From: an uncultured Nitrososphaerota archaeon
Lineage (GTDB): Archaea; Thermoproteota; Nitrososphaeria; Nitrososphaerales; Gagatemarchaeaceae
Assembly: GCA_963838925.1 (NCBI GenBank)
Contig: CAWISW010000001.1
Span: forward strand, 1 to 64,000
Reading direction: 5' to 3'
Length of the DNA: 64,000 nucleotides
How positions within the stretch are numbered: the stretch's first letter is position 1; the number at the start of each line of letters is the position of its first letter. Of this stretch, positions 55,938-64,000 are shown piece by piece. The position numbers and the translations under genes were made by a program. The notes under the pieces were generated by a model that saw only the letters and a program-made list of their open reading frames with translations, made no database searches and was not told the origin of the DNA.

Positions 55938-56354
55938 ATGCCGACCAGGATCCGCAAGGTCAGGAAGCAGCGCGGCTCCCGCACCCACGGCTACGGGCAG
56001 ATAGGCCAGCACAGGCACTCGGGCAAGCAGGGAGGCCACGGCAACGCGGGCCTCCACAAGCACAAGTGGTCCTGGCTGATACTCAACGACCCAGACCACT
56101 TCAGGCGCGACCCCTTCAGGCCGCCGAGCTACCACAAGGTCTCGAAGTGGGCCAACGTGGGAGACCTGGGCTCCTTCGCCGACGACGGCCAGAGCAAGGG
56201 AGGGCCGGTCTCGGTCGACCTCGAGGCCTTGGGCGTGGAGAAGCTCCTCGGGAGCGGGGACGTGACCAGAGCGTACAGCGTCAAGGTCTCTTCATATACC
56301 GAGAGGGCGAAGCAGAAGCTCGAGGAAGCAGGTGGCAAGATACTCACAGAGTGA
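55938..56354 (+). CDS. rpl15: 50S ribosomal protein uL15
   Basis: RGSRTHGYG..GQHR..G..GG.GNAG.HKH. Confidence 0.96.
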   Translation: MPTRIRKVRKQRGSRTHGYGQIGQHRHSGKQGGHGNAGLHKHKWSWLILNDPDHFRRDPFRPPSYHKVSKWANVGDLGSFADDGQSKGGPVSVDLEALGVEKLLGSGDVTRAYSVKVSSYTERAKQKLEEAGGKILTE

Positions 56355-56375
56355 GAGCGGAGTTCACAACTAGCC

Positions 56376-57794
56376 TTGGTCTCACTACGGAACTTTGTCA
56401 AGAGCGTCGCGACCGTCCTTCCAGAGATACCTAAGCCAGTCAAGAAGCCCAGCCTCACTGAGAAGTTCATCTGGACAGGCGGAGCCCTAGTCCTCTACAT
56501 GCTGATGGGGATCACCCCGCTCTTCCACTTCGGCAACGAGGCCGACCAGTTCGCCTTCCTCAGGATCATCTTCGCGTCCTCGCAAGGGACTCTCACCGAG
56601 CTGGGCATCGGCCCCATCGTCACGGCGGGCCTCATCCTCCAGCTCCTGCAGGGCAGCGACATACTCAAGCTTGACCTCGGCGACACCGAGGACAGGGCCC
56701 TCTTCGGGACCGCGACCAAGCTGCTCACATTCCTGGTCATCGCGATAGAGTCAGGAGCGTACATCCTCGGAGGCGCGCTCGGCACGCTCCAGACCACTCA
56801 GGCGATCGTGATCTTCTTCCAGCTCTTCGGAGCCAGCGTCATCATCCTCCTCCTCGACGAGCTCATCCAGAAGGGATGGGGCATCGGCAGCGGGATCTCA
56901 CTCTTCATCCTGGGAGGAGTCGCGCAGACGCTCTGGTGGGACACGTTCTCCCCCTACCCCGTCTCCCCGACCCAGGGGGCGCCCCCGGAGATCTACGGGT
57001 TCCTTCCCGCGCTGGTCAACTCCCTCTTCAGCGGAGGAGGAGGCGTCGCGACGGTCTTCATCAGGGGCAACCAGTTCCCCAGCGCCTTCACGTTCGTGAT
57101 GACCATCGCCGTCATCCTCTTCATCACGTACATCGAGGGGATCAGGGTGGAGGTGCCGATCACCTCGGTGAAGTACAGGGGCTTCCAGGGCGTGTACCCG
57201 ATCAAGCTCCTCTACGTCTCCAACATCCCGGTCATACTCGTCTCGGCTCTCACCGCGAACATCTCCTTCTTCACGCGCCTCCTCCACAACTACGTCGGGG
57301 CGACTTCGCCATCCTGGATGAAGTACCTCGTCACGTACGACACCAACTTCAACCCCACGGGCGGGCTCGTGTACTACATCACGCCGCCCAACGGGATACA
57401 GCAGACCGCGCAGGACCCCCTGCACGCCGTGATCTATTGCCTCTTCTTGATGACCTTGGCGGTGATGTTCGCAAGGGTATGGGTGGAAATAGGAGGGCTC
57501 TCTTCCCGGAGCGTAGCGAAGAACCTGATGAACGCCGACGTGCAGGTCCCCGGCTTCAGGAGGGCGGGCCTCTCCATCGAGCAGGTCCTGAACAGGTACA
57601 TCCCCCCGATCACGGTCATAGGCGGCCTCATCATCGGGTCTGTCGCCGCCGTCTCGGACGTCTTCGGCGTCTTCGGGACGGGCGTGGGCCTCCTTCTGGG
57701 AGTGGACATCGTCCTCCAGTACTACCAGATGCTGGTGAAGGAGCAGATAGAGGAGTTCTCCCCGAGACTCGCAGGAGTCTTGGGGCAGGCCTAG
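56376..57794 (+). CDS. secY: Preprotein translocase subunit SecY
   Basis: ELGIGPIVTAGL, KGWGIGSGISLFI, YPIKLLYVSNIP, RYIP. Confidence 0.98.
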   Translation: MVSLRNFVKSVATVLPEIPKPVKKPSLTEKFIWTGGALVLYMLMGITPLFHFGNEADQFAFLRIIFASSQGTLTELGIGPIVTAGLILQLLQGSDILKLDLGDTEDRALFGTATKLLTFLVIAIESGAYILGGALGTLQTTQAIVIFFQLFGASVIILLLDELIQKGWGIGSGISLFILGGVAQTLWWDTFSPYPVSPTQGAPPEIYGFLPALVNSLFSGGGGVATVFIRGNQFPSAFTFVMTIAVILFITYIEGIRVEVPITSVKYRGFQGVYPIKLLYVSNIPVILVSALTANISFFTRLLHNYVGATSPSWMKYLVTYDTNFNPTGGLVYYITPPNGIQQTAQDPLHAVIYCLFLMTLAVMFARVWVEIGGLSSRSVAKNLMNADVQVPGFRRAGLSIEQVLNRYIPPITVIGGLIIGSVAAVSDVFGVFGTGVGLLLGVDIVLQYYQMLVKEQIEEFSPRLAGVLGQA

Positions 57795-57804
57795 CCTCGG
57801 GTGA

Positions 57805-58383
57805 ATGGTCATGGGTCTAAGAATCGTAATCGTAGGCGTCGCCGGCGTGGGGAAGAGCACCGTGGTGGAGAAGGCGAAGGAGGCCGTCCCCGGGTCCACC
57901 GTCCAGGTCTTCGGGACGGCCATGTTCGACGAGGCGCTCAGGCTGAAGTGGGTCAAGCACAGGGACGAGATGCGAAAGCTCCCGGTGGCCAAGCAGAAGA
58001 AGCTCCAGGAGGCCGCAGCGGCGAGGATCAGCCGGGGGAAGGGGAAGGTCGTATTCATCGACACCCACCTCTTCATCAGGACCCCCGAGGGGTTCTGGCC
58101 GGGGCTCCCCCTCCGCGTCATCGAGCCGATGAAGCCCACCCACCTCCTCCTGGTCGTCGCCTCACCCAAGGAGATACTCGCTCGCCGGAAGAACGACAAA
58201 ACTAGGTACAGGGACGAGATAACCGAGGCAGAGGTGAGCGAGGAGCTCGAGCTCGCCAGGGGCTTCCTCTCGGCGGCTTCGCTGGTCAGCGGGGCGCCGA
58301 TGGCGTTCGTCCGCAACGAGCAGGGCGGGGCCGACAGGGCGGCGCAGGAGATAGCTTCCATCGTGAGGGGTGCGAGAGTCTGA
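57805..58383 (+). CDS. adkA: Archaeal adenylate kinase
   Basis: GVAGVGKST, HRDEMRKL, IDTH...TPEGFWPGLP. Confidence 0.94.
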   Translation: MVMGLRIVIVGVAGVGKSTVVEKAKEAVPGSTVQVFGTAMFDEALRLKWVKHRDEMRKLPVAKQKKLQEAAAARISRGKGKVVFIDTHLFIRTPEGFWPGLPLRVIEPMKPTHLLLVVASPKEILARRKNDKTRYRDEITEAEVSEELELARGFLSAASLVSGAPMAFVRNEQGGADRAAQEIASIVRGARV

Positions 58384-58847
58384 GCCTTGCAGTCCCAGAT
58401 TCGACACTGATCATCACGCTCACCGCAGTCGCCCTAGGGTTCATGTCGAACGTCGCGACGAGGCTCCTCGTCGACCTCAAGAAGGAGAGGCGCATCAAGG
58501 CCGAGGTAGCAGCGTTCGACAAGGAGCTCAAGCAGGCGACGGCGAACAAGGAGAGGGACAAGGAGGAGAAGCTCAAGAAGAAGAAGCCCCAGATGGACCA
58601 GATGAGGCTCAAGGCGTCGACGGGCCGGTTCAAGGTGGTCCTCGTGACCTGGCTCCCGTTCATCGCCGTCTACTACCTCATGGCGAACTTCGTGGGCGGC
58701 TTCTCGGAGGCCGTCGCCTACTCGCCGATACCCATCCCGTTCATCGTCGCGGCCAACGGCAGCATGGTGCTGATCTGGTGGTACTTCCTCTCGTCCCTGT
58801 CATTCTCGACGGTGTTGACAAGGCTCCTCGGGACCTCGCAGACCTAG
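58380..58847 (+). CDS. EMC3/TMCO1 (DUF106, Oxa1-superfamily) membrane protein; probable CTG start overlapping the adk stop
   Basis: TM1 (MSLAVPDSTLIITLTAVALGFMSNV) + coiled coil + WWYFLSS; conserved position after adk. Confidence 0.85.
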   Translation: MSLAVPDSTLIITLTAVALGFMSNVATRLLVDLKKERRIKAEVAAFDKELKQATANKERDKEEKLKKKKPQMDQMRLKASTGRFKVVLVTWLPFIAVYYLMANFVGGFSEAVAYSPIPIPFIVAANGSMVLIWWYFLSSLSFSTVLTRLLGTSQT

Positions 58848-58861
58848 GCGGCGGGCTGCTC

Positions 58862-59473
58862 ATGAAGGCCATAATTCTCTGCGGGATGCCTGCGGTGGGC
58901 AAGACGACGGTAGCGAAGATGATCGCCTCTAAGCTGGGCCTAAAGCTGATCGGCGGAGGGGACGTCCTCAAGGAGATAGCGACAGAGGAGGGGTACAACG
59001 CGGTCGGCGACGACTGGTGGGACACCAAGGACGGGATGAAGTTCATGGCGGAGCGCGCGGGCTCCCCCGAATTCGACAGGGAGGTCGACAAGCGCCTACT
59101 GGCCAGGGCCAACAAGGGAGACGTCGTGATGACTAGCTACACCCTCCCCTGGCTCTCGAAGGCCGGCGTCAAGGTTTGGCTCTCCGGCACCAAGGGGAGC
59201 AGGGCCGAGCGGATGGCCAAGAGGGACTCCTCCTCCCCCGAGGAGTGCGCGAAGGTGATAGAGGAGAGGGACCGCGAGAACTTTGCGCTCTACAAGAAGC
59301 TCTACGGCATACGGTTCGGCAAGGACCTTTCCCCGTTCTCCATCGTGGTGGGCACCGACGGCGTCCCGGCCTCCGAGGTCGCGCGCTCGGTCCTCGAGCA
59401 GCTGCCGAACGCGGGTACGGCGCCGAAGAAGAGGACGACGCGGCGCAAGGCGAGCGTCAGAAAGTCGGCTTGA
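58862..59473 (+). CDS. cmk: Cytidylate kinase
   Basis: ATG 58862: IILCGMPAVGKTT, FDREVD, LYKKLYG. Confidence 0.9.
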   Translation: MKAIILCGMPAVGKTTVAKMIASKLGLKLIGGGDVLKEIATEEGYNAVGDDWWDTKDGMKFMAERAGSPEFDREVDKRLLARANKGDVVMTSYTLPWLSKAGVKVWLSGTKGSRAERMAKRDSSSPEECAKVIEERDRENFALYKKLYGIRFGKDLSPFSIVVGTDGVPASEVARSVLEQLPNAGTAPKKRTTRRKASVRKSA

Positions 59474-60522
59474 CTCCCGAGACAAGGGCCGCCCTCATCG
59501 GAGGGGCGGCCGAGGAGATGGTCGCGATAAGCGATGAGCCCACCGACCCCAGCCACGGGTGGGAGCCCTCGAAGCGCCCGGTGAAGGAGCTGATCAACTA
59601 CGGCCTCATACCGCTCGACAAGACCAGCGGCCCGACGAGCCACGAGGAGGTCTCGTGGGTCAGGCGGCTGCTGAGCGTCGACAAGGCTGGGCACAGCGGC
59701 ACGCTCGACCCGGGCGTCACAGGGATGCTCCCCATCGGCCTGGGAAGGGCTACGAAGGCCCTCGGGCTGCTGCTCCTATTCCCCAAGGAGTACGTCGGGA
59801 TAATGCGGATCCACTCGTCGGTCCCGCGGGCGGAGGTGGACAGGGTCCTCGCCGAGTTCACCGACGAGATCTACCAGCGCCCCCCTCAGCGGTCGTCGGT
59901 GAAGAGGGAGACGCGCACGAGGAGGATCTACGAGCTCGAAGTCCTCGAGCAGAAGGGCAACCTCTACCTCCTGAGGTGCGTCTGCCAGGCCGGCACCTAC
60001 ATCCGGAAGCTCTTCTACGACATCGGCGAGGTCGTCGCGGTCGGAGCCACGATGGTCGAGCTCCGCAGGACGAAGGTGGGGCCTCTCGACGAGAAGAAGG
60101 GGATAGTCACGCTGCACGAGCTCGACATCGCCGTCCAGAAGTGGAAGGACGCGGGCGACGAGACCGAGCTCCGGAGGGTAATCTGGCCGATAGAGTCGTG
60201 CCTCGAGGGCATACGCAAGGTCGTCGTGAAGGACTCGGCGGTCGACGCCGTCTGCCACGGAGCGATGCTCGCCATCCCCGGAGTCATCTCGCTCTCCAAG
60301 GGAATATCAAAGGGGGAGACCGTCGTCCTCCTCACCGCGAAGGGCGAGCTCATCGGGATCGCCGAGGCCTCGATGACCACGGAGGAGGTGCAGGGGCAGC
60401 CCAAGGGCATAGCCTTCCCCGTCAGGCGCGTGATAATGGACCAGGGTACCTACCCGAAGATGTGGAAGAAGGGTTCTACTGCATCTGATTCCGAAGATGC
60501 AACTTCGAAGCATCCACTCTGA
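59470..60522 (+). CDS. cbf5: H/ACA RNA-guided pseudouridine synthase Cbf5; last 16 aa come from the inserted element
   Basis: TTG start overlapping the cmk stop; GPTSHE, GHSGTLDP, AGTYIRK, PUA domain, YPKMWKK. Confidence 0.95.
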   Translation: MTPETRAALIGGAAEEMVAISDEPTDPSHGWEPSKRPVKELINYGLIPLDKTSGPTSHEEVSWVRRLLSVDKAGHSGTLDPGVTGMLPIGLGRATKALGLLLLFPKEYVGIMRIHSSVPRAEVDRVLAEFTDEIYQRPPQRSSVKRETRTRRIYELEVLEQKGNLYLLRCVCQAGTYIRKLFYDIGEVVAVGATMVELRRTKVGPLDEKKGIVTLHELDIAVQKWKDAGDETELRRVIWPIESCLEGIRKVVVKDSAVDAVCHGAMLAIPGVISLSKGISKGETVVLLTAKGELIGIAEASMTTEEVQGQPKGIAFPVRRVIMDQGTYPKMWKKGSTASDSEDATSKHPL

Positions 60523-60620
60523 GGATTAGCGGCTCCCTGTCGTGCTCCGCGTTCCTCTTCATCGTTTCTCTTGCCTCGTCTTCCGTCGATGAATGGTCGA
60601 ACCTCAACCATCCCCTGCGA
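60452..60620 (-). ncRNA. Putative omega-RNA (reRNA) overlapping the tnpB 3' end; guide would be flanking cbf5 sequence (boundaries approximate)
   Basis: Minus-strand pairings CGAGGCA/TGCTTCG, GAGGA/TCCTC and TGCATCT-N8-AGATGCA, then AGAACC|CTTCTTCCACATCTTCGGGT; fits known TnpB omega-RNA placement. Confidence 0.55.
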
Positions 60621-61769
60621 GAAATGTTGAGAACCGCGATCAAGTCACGGTCTCTCCATATGCCGCAGACCTCGCACCACAATTGGCGATTGTGCATATG
60701 GTCGCCCTGAATTGGAACTTGGAGTCTCTCCCCGCATCGTGGACAATCCATTGTGGTCCCCCTTGTCTCACTCCTAGTTAGAGTGATTACTGGCACTCCG
60801 GCCCAAGCGGCCTTGTACTCTACTTGACGCTTGAACTCGCCGAATGGCCAAGAGTTCATTCTTGCCCTGAATGACCTCCCTTGCCCGTTCCCCCGTCTGT
60901 ATAATTTGCGAATTCCCGTAAGTTGTTCGAAAACTATCGCGTTCTTTTTCGCCAGCGCCTCACCCACAATTCTTTTCGAAACCAGGTTTAGAAGTTGTTT
61001 CGTCCTCGATGATCTCCTTCTTCCGTATTTCGAGGCAATCTGGCCCCTGATTCTCGCATCGGCGCGCTTGAACGAGCTGATGATGGTTCTGCTATTTTGG
61101 GCAATCTTGACCAACTTGGAAACATCATAGTAAGTCACTAATCGACCATTCCCAACTGTGAGATTCCTCAGATTCCTGTCGACTGCAATTACTCCCAGAA
61201 TTTCCGCATGTTCCCTCTCTTTGACATCCTTCGAGATACAAAGAGAAACTGATTCCGGAGTGATAGTAAAGGCCCTCACTGATACATCAGGATCCGATAT
61301 GATGGATTCTGTGTGGGGATTGAGAGGGATTCTCTCGACGCGGGTGGCGTCAAGGCGGATTGCAAGATTACCGTGCTCAATCTTGAACCCATAACACGAC
61401 ACAAGCATTGGTTTCGATAGGTACGGGGTTTTTGAAGGGAATCCTCTCTTGATTGACTTTCTTCTTGCCGACAGAATTCCTGAGGCCTTTGAAATGGCGC
61501 ATAGTACAAAGCCGGATTGACAACCATACCTTCGTCTCAGATCGCCGTACGTCAAGAGGGAAAGTTTCTTCATTGAAGGGTTTCTAGAATTCTTGTTTTC
61601 GAAGTCAATACCGATTCTGATGCAATCATTTGTCATTTGCCTGAACGACTCCATCATTCCCAGCAAATCGCCGCTTGGTCGGAATTCTTGCATTACTGAC
61701 TTTCTCTGGAGTGTCACGCAGTAGATTATCGCCCTTGGATTTATGCGCCAATGTAAACCGGTATCGGTC
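60472..61769 (-). mobile_element. TnpB-only (IS200/IS605/IS607-related, IS1341-like) element inserted in the cbf5 3' end
   Basis: Abrupt AT-richer segment; GAAGAAG direct repeat at 60465-60471 and 61770-61776; no tnpA; subterminal hairpins at both ends. Confidence 0.85.
60476..61717 (-). CDS. tnpB: RNA-guided endonuclease TnpB
   Basis: RuvC-I IAVDRN, RuvC-II IVFEQL, QVEYKAAWAG, zinc ribbon CPRCG/CEVCG, RuvC-III DRDLIAVLNI. Confidence 0.92.
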   Translation of the reverse strand: MTLQRKSVMQEFRPSGDLLGMMESFRQMTNDCIRIGIDFENKNSRNPSMKKLSLLTYGDLRRRYGCQSGFVLCAISKASGILSARRKSIKRGFPSKTPYLSKPMLVSCYGFKIEHGNLAIRLDATRVERIPLNPHTESIISDPDVSVRAFTITPESVSLCISKDVKEREHAEILGVIAVDRNLRNLTVGNGRLVTYYDVSKLVKIAQNSRTIISSFKRADARIRGQIASKYGRRRSSRTKQLLNLVSKRIVGEALAKKNAIVFEQLTGIRKLYRRGNGQGRSFRARMNSWPFGEFKRQVEYKAAWAGVPVITLTRSETRGTTMDCPRCGERLQVPIQGDHMHNRQLWCEVCGIWRDRDLIAVLNISRRGWLRFDHSSTEDEARETMKRNAEHDREPLILRVDASKLHLRNQMQ

Positions 61770-61770
61770 G

Positions 61771-61842
61771 AAGAAGCAGGACAAGGAGACGAAGGAGACC
61801 GCCGCTGCGGAGGAGCCGGCGGACGCCGAAGAAGAAGAGTGA
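61771..61842 (+). pseudogene. cbf5: Orphaned native C-terminal coding tail of cbf5 (KKQDKETKETAAAEEPADAEEEE*)
   Basis: Host-like codons resume here; in frame with MWKK once the element is removed; TGA at 61840-61842. Confidence 0.75.
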
Positions 61843-61849
61843 CGCGCGC

Positions 61850-62359
61850 CTAGGCGGGCTTCCCCGCTTCCGCGAGGCGCTTCCCCAGGAGCACCTCCCC
61901 GGGCACCACCATCATCTCGCGGTACATGAGCAGCGAGCGTATCCTCCCGTACCTCTCGGCCATCTCGGAGCCCTGGAGCCTCTCGAACCCCCTCGAGCCG
62001 AAGAGCGTCTTGGACTCTAGGTTGTCCTCCTCGACGCTCGCGTAGACGTCCCTCACGCCCTCCCTCTCGAAGCGGGCCATGGCGTCGTCGAGGAGCCTCC
62101 CGCCGATCCCCCTCCTCCTGAAGCGGGGCGGGACCGCGACGTAGTAGACGTACCCGGCCCCCTCGGCAACCAGCTTCAGCATTATTAGCCCGGCGTCCTC
62201 CCCGTCCTGCGTCCTCGCGGCCCGGACGACCTCGATGCTCTGTAGGGTCCGCCTGGCGTGCCAGAGGTAGAGCCCCTCGAAGCTCTCCTCGAGGATAGGG
62301 AGGAGCCTCGCCCTCTCGCCCTTCGCCACCTCGACGACCTCTACTTCGGCGGGCGTCAG
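61850..62359 (-). CDS. GNAT-family acetyltransferase (probable CTG start overlapping the upstream TGA)
   Basis: YVAVPPRFRRRGIGGRLL, VEEDN.ES..LF...GF. Confidence 0.85.
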   Translation of the reverse strand: MTPAEVEVVEVAKGERARLLPILEESFEGLYLWHARRTLQSIEVVRAARTQDGEDAGLIMLKLVAEGAGYVYYVAVPPRFRRRGIGGRLLDDAMARFEREGVRDVYASVEEDNLESKTLFGSRGFERLQGSEMAERYGRIRSLLMYREMMVVPGEVLLGKRLAEAGKPA

Positions 62360-63186
62360 ATGGAGTACAACCTCGAGGCGTTGCGCCACAGTATGCGCTC
62401 CTTGTCGGCCTGCGTCACCTTGAGGGCGGAGACGAGCGAGAGGCCGTCCTCGTGCGTCTCGACGGGGTAGTCCGTCCCGAAGACCAGCTTCTCCGCGCCG
62501 CCCGCATAGTAGACCGCCTCGCTGACCCTCTGCGCGAGCACGCGCATGTACTCCTTCGCATACCCCCCGCCCCCCGCCATCAGGCCCGAGACGTCCGCGA
62601 AGACGTTCCTGTGCTTGTAGAGCAGCTCGGAGGTGTCGAGTATCCACGGGTTGCCGAGGTGGCAGACCACGATCTTCAGCCCTTCCCTCTCGTTAGCGAC
62701 CTCGTCGAGGGTCAGCGGGTGCGCGTGCGCCAACGACCCGTCGCTGCTCGCGGTGTCCCCCGTGTGGAACATGACCGGCAGCCCGTGCTCCTCGGCGTAG
62801 TCGTAGAGGGGAGAGAACACCTCGTCGCGCGCGTAGACCTTGCGGTAGCCGAGCCAGATCTTGAACGCCTTCACGAACCCCTTCTCGGCGCGCGCCAGCC
62901 TCATCGCGTCCGCGACCGCGCTCTTCCGGGGCTCCACCGTGAAGACGGGGAAGAGCTTGTCCTTGCTCTTCTGGCAGAGCCTCACCACCTCGACGTTCGG
63001 CAGGGGGAGGCCTCCGCGCATAGGCGGGCTGAGGAGGAGGGCGCGGCCCACGCCGTTCGAACGCATCTCATCCAGCAGCTCCTCGAGGTCGTAGCGAAGG
63101 CCGTTGAGCTTCGCGTAGGGCCTCAGCCGGTCGTCCCTCCTCTTGTCGGAGCAGTGGACGTGCGCGTCGATGACTCGGTCCAACAC
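62356..63186 (-). CDS. Amidohydrolase_2 family metallo-hydrolase
   Basis: IDAHVH, PVMFHTG, VVCHLGNP, FGTDYP. Confidence 0.92.
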   Translation of the reverse strand: MLDRVIDAHVHCSDKRRDDRLRPYAKLNGLRYDLEELLDEMRSNGVGRALLLSPPMRGGLPLPNVEVVRLCQKSKDKLFPVFTVEPRKSAVADAMRLARAEKGFVKAFKIWLGYRKVYARDEVFSPLYDYAEEHGLPVMFHTGDTASSDGSLAHAHPLTLDEVANEREGLKIVVCHLGNPWILDTSELLYKHRNVFADVSGLMAGGGGYAKEYMRVLAQRVSEAVYYAGGAEKLVFGTDYPVETHEDGLSLVSALKVTQADKERILWRNASRLYSI

Positions 63187-64000
63187 TCATCGGCCCTCGT
63201 CGGAGCTTATCTCCTTTGGCTGCGCGCTGGGAGGGTCTCGATAGAAGCCGACCACCATCACCAGCAGCAGTAGGTATGGCACAGCCGATGTGAAGACGAG
63301 CACGGAGGAGACCGGGCCGCCAACCACCCCCGCTATCCCCGGCCCCAAGAACGCGCCCACGAATCCCGAAGTCTGGACGAGGCTTGTCGCGGCGGTCCGC
63401 CTGCCCTCGGGGACATTGACCTGGCACATCGCGGTGAGGAGCGACCAGAACATGTTCCCGAGGATGCCCGTGAGGATCACGAACAAGATCGCGACGGGAT
63501 AGGACCTCGCCTCGTACACGCCTAGCATCGAGATTGCCGGAAGGACGGCGCTCAAGGTCGCGCTCCTCCTCCCCCCGACCCGGTCGAAGAGCGTCCCACC
63601 GGCGAGGGTGCCCAAGCCCCCCAGGCCGAGCCCTATCCCGAAGAAGGAGTCGATGGTGGTGGAGCTCACCCCTGAGGCCCCGAAGCTCGAGAGGAGGAAC
63701 TTCGGCGTCCACGAGAGGTAGACCAGGAAGCCAAAGTCGGCGAAGAAGGCGGAGACCGCGAGCACAAGGATGACCCTCTTCCTTAGCAGTTCCCCGAAGG
63801 CGCTGAAAGCCGTCGTGGACGTCGAGCTGACGCCCGTCCCCAGCACCGCGACGAAGACCACGAAGAACAGGAGCCCGATCGCGGCGAACGCGGCGAACGG
63901 GGCGTCCCAGCCGTAGGACGCGAGAAGGAAGCCCGCCGACGAGGGGCCGACGAACCCGGCGAAGCTGTAGAACGACGTGACGAAGCTTGCGGCCAAACCC
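63187..64000 (-). CDS. MFS transporter (5' end beyond the window)
   Basis: GTLFDRVGGRR motif; multiple TMs; open to the window edge. Confidence 0.85.
   Translation of the reverse strand, partial: GLAASFVTSFYSFAGFVGPSSAGFLLASYGWDAPFAAFAAIGLLFFVVFVAVLGTGVSSTSTTAFSAFGELLRKRVILVLAVSAFFADFGFLVYLSWTPKFLLSSFGASGVSSTTIDSFFGIGLGLGGLGTLAGGTLFDRVGGRRSATLSAVLPAISMLGVYEARSYPVAILFVILTGILGNMFWSLLTAMCQVNVPEGRRTAATSLVQTSGFVGAFLGPGIAGVVGGPVSSVLVFTSAVPYLLLLVMVVGFYRDPPSAQPKEISSDEGR

Noticed and set aside
58370-59473. ORF-track 367-aa protein suggesting an N-terminally extended cytidylate kinase (likewise the extended cbf5, sufU, Rieske and GNAT calls)
   Set aside because: The extensions are alternate-frame read-through of upstream genes; the likely starts are 58862, 59470, 43973, 42404 and 62359.
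60440-61800. TnpB insertion as a bulge-helix-bulge archaeal intron of cbf5 (crenarchaeal cbf5 genes can contain introns)
   Set aside because: I could not build a BHB motif joining the two junctions. Known cbf5 introns lie near the 5' catalytic region, which is uninterrupted here, and cbf5 has a usable in-frame stop at 60522.

Overview
High-GC archaeal DNA, most likely a non-ammonia-oxidising Nitrososphaerota/Thaumarchaeota (inferred from the archaeal r-proteins, TATA-box promoters, DUF929 and PQQ-propeller content, and the absence of L34e and L14e between secY, cmk and cbf5). (i) 0.3-26 kb is a surface/redox island: three tandem PQQ-dehydrogenase-fold proteins (two ~870-990 aa, 20-Cys, C-terminally anchored; one lacking the metal ligands), a CxxC DUF929 protein, two 'WPGTW' membrane paralogues, an unannotated 33-aa membrane peptide, a NosF/NosY-like ABC pair, four cupredoxin-fold proteins with non-canonical ligand sets, and a sugar ABC system with a duplicated permease+cupredoxin cassette. 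(ii) 26-34 kb holds mixed housekeeping genes, including a haloarchaea-type phosphomevalonate decarboxylase, a half-DOHH-like HEAT protein, a MIP channel, fRMsr and an MFS transporter. (iii) 34.7-44.4 kb is a split SUF system; SufB carries two LAGLIDADG inteins in front of both key cysteines, and the sufC and sufB promoters share an operator-like motif. (iv) sdhACDB. (v) The L22-to-cbf5 ribosomal/secY operon. (vi) A lone, catalytically intact TnpB element inserted antisense into the 3' end of cbf5, flanked by a 7-bp direct repeat and cutting off the native C-terminal tail. Several genes appear to start at CTG (one possibly ACG). I found no rRNA, tRNA or CRISPR array. All family assignments come from motif recognition by eye, not from database searches.
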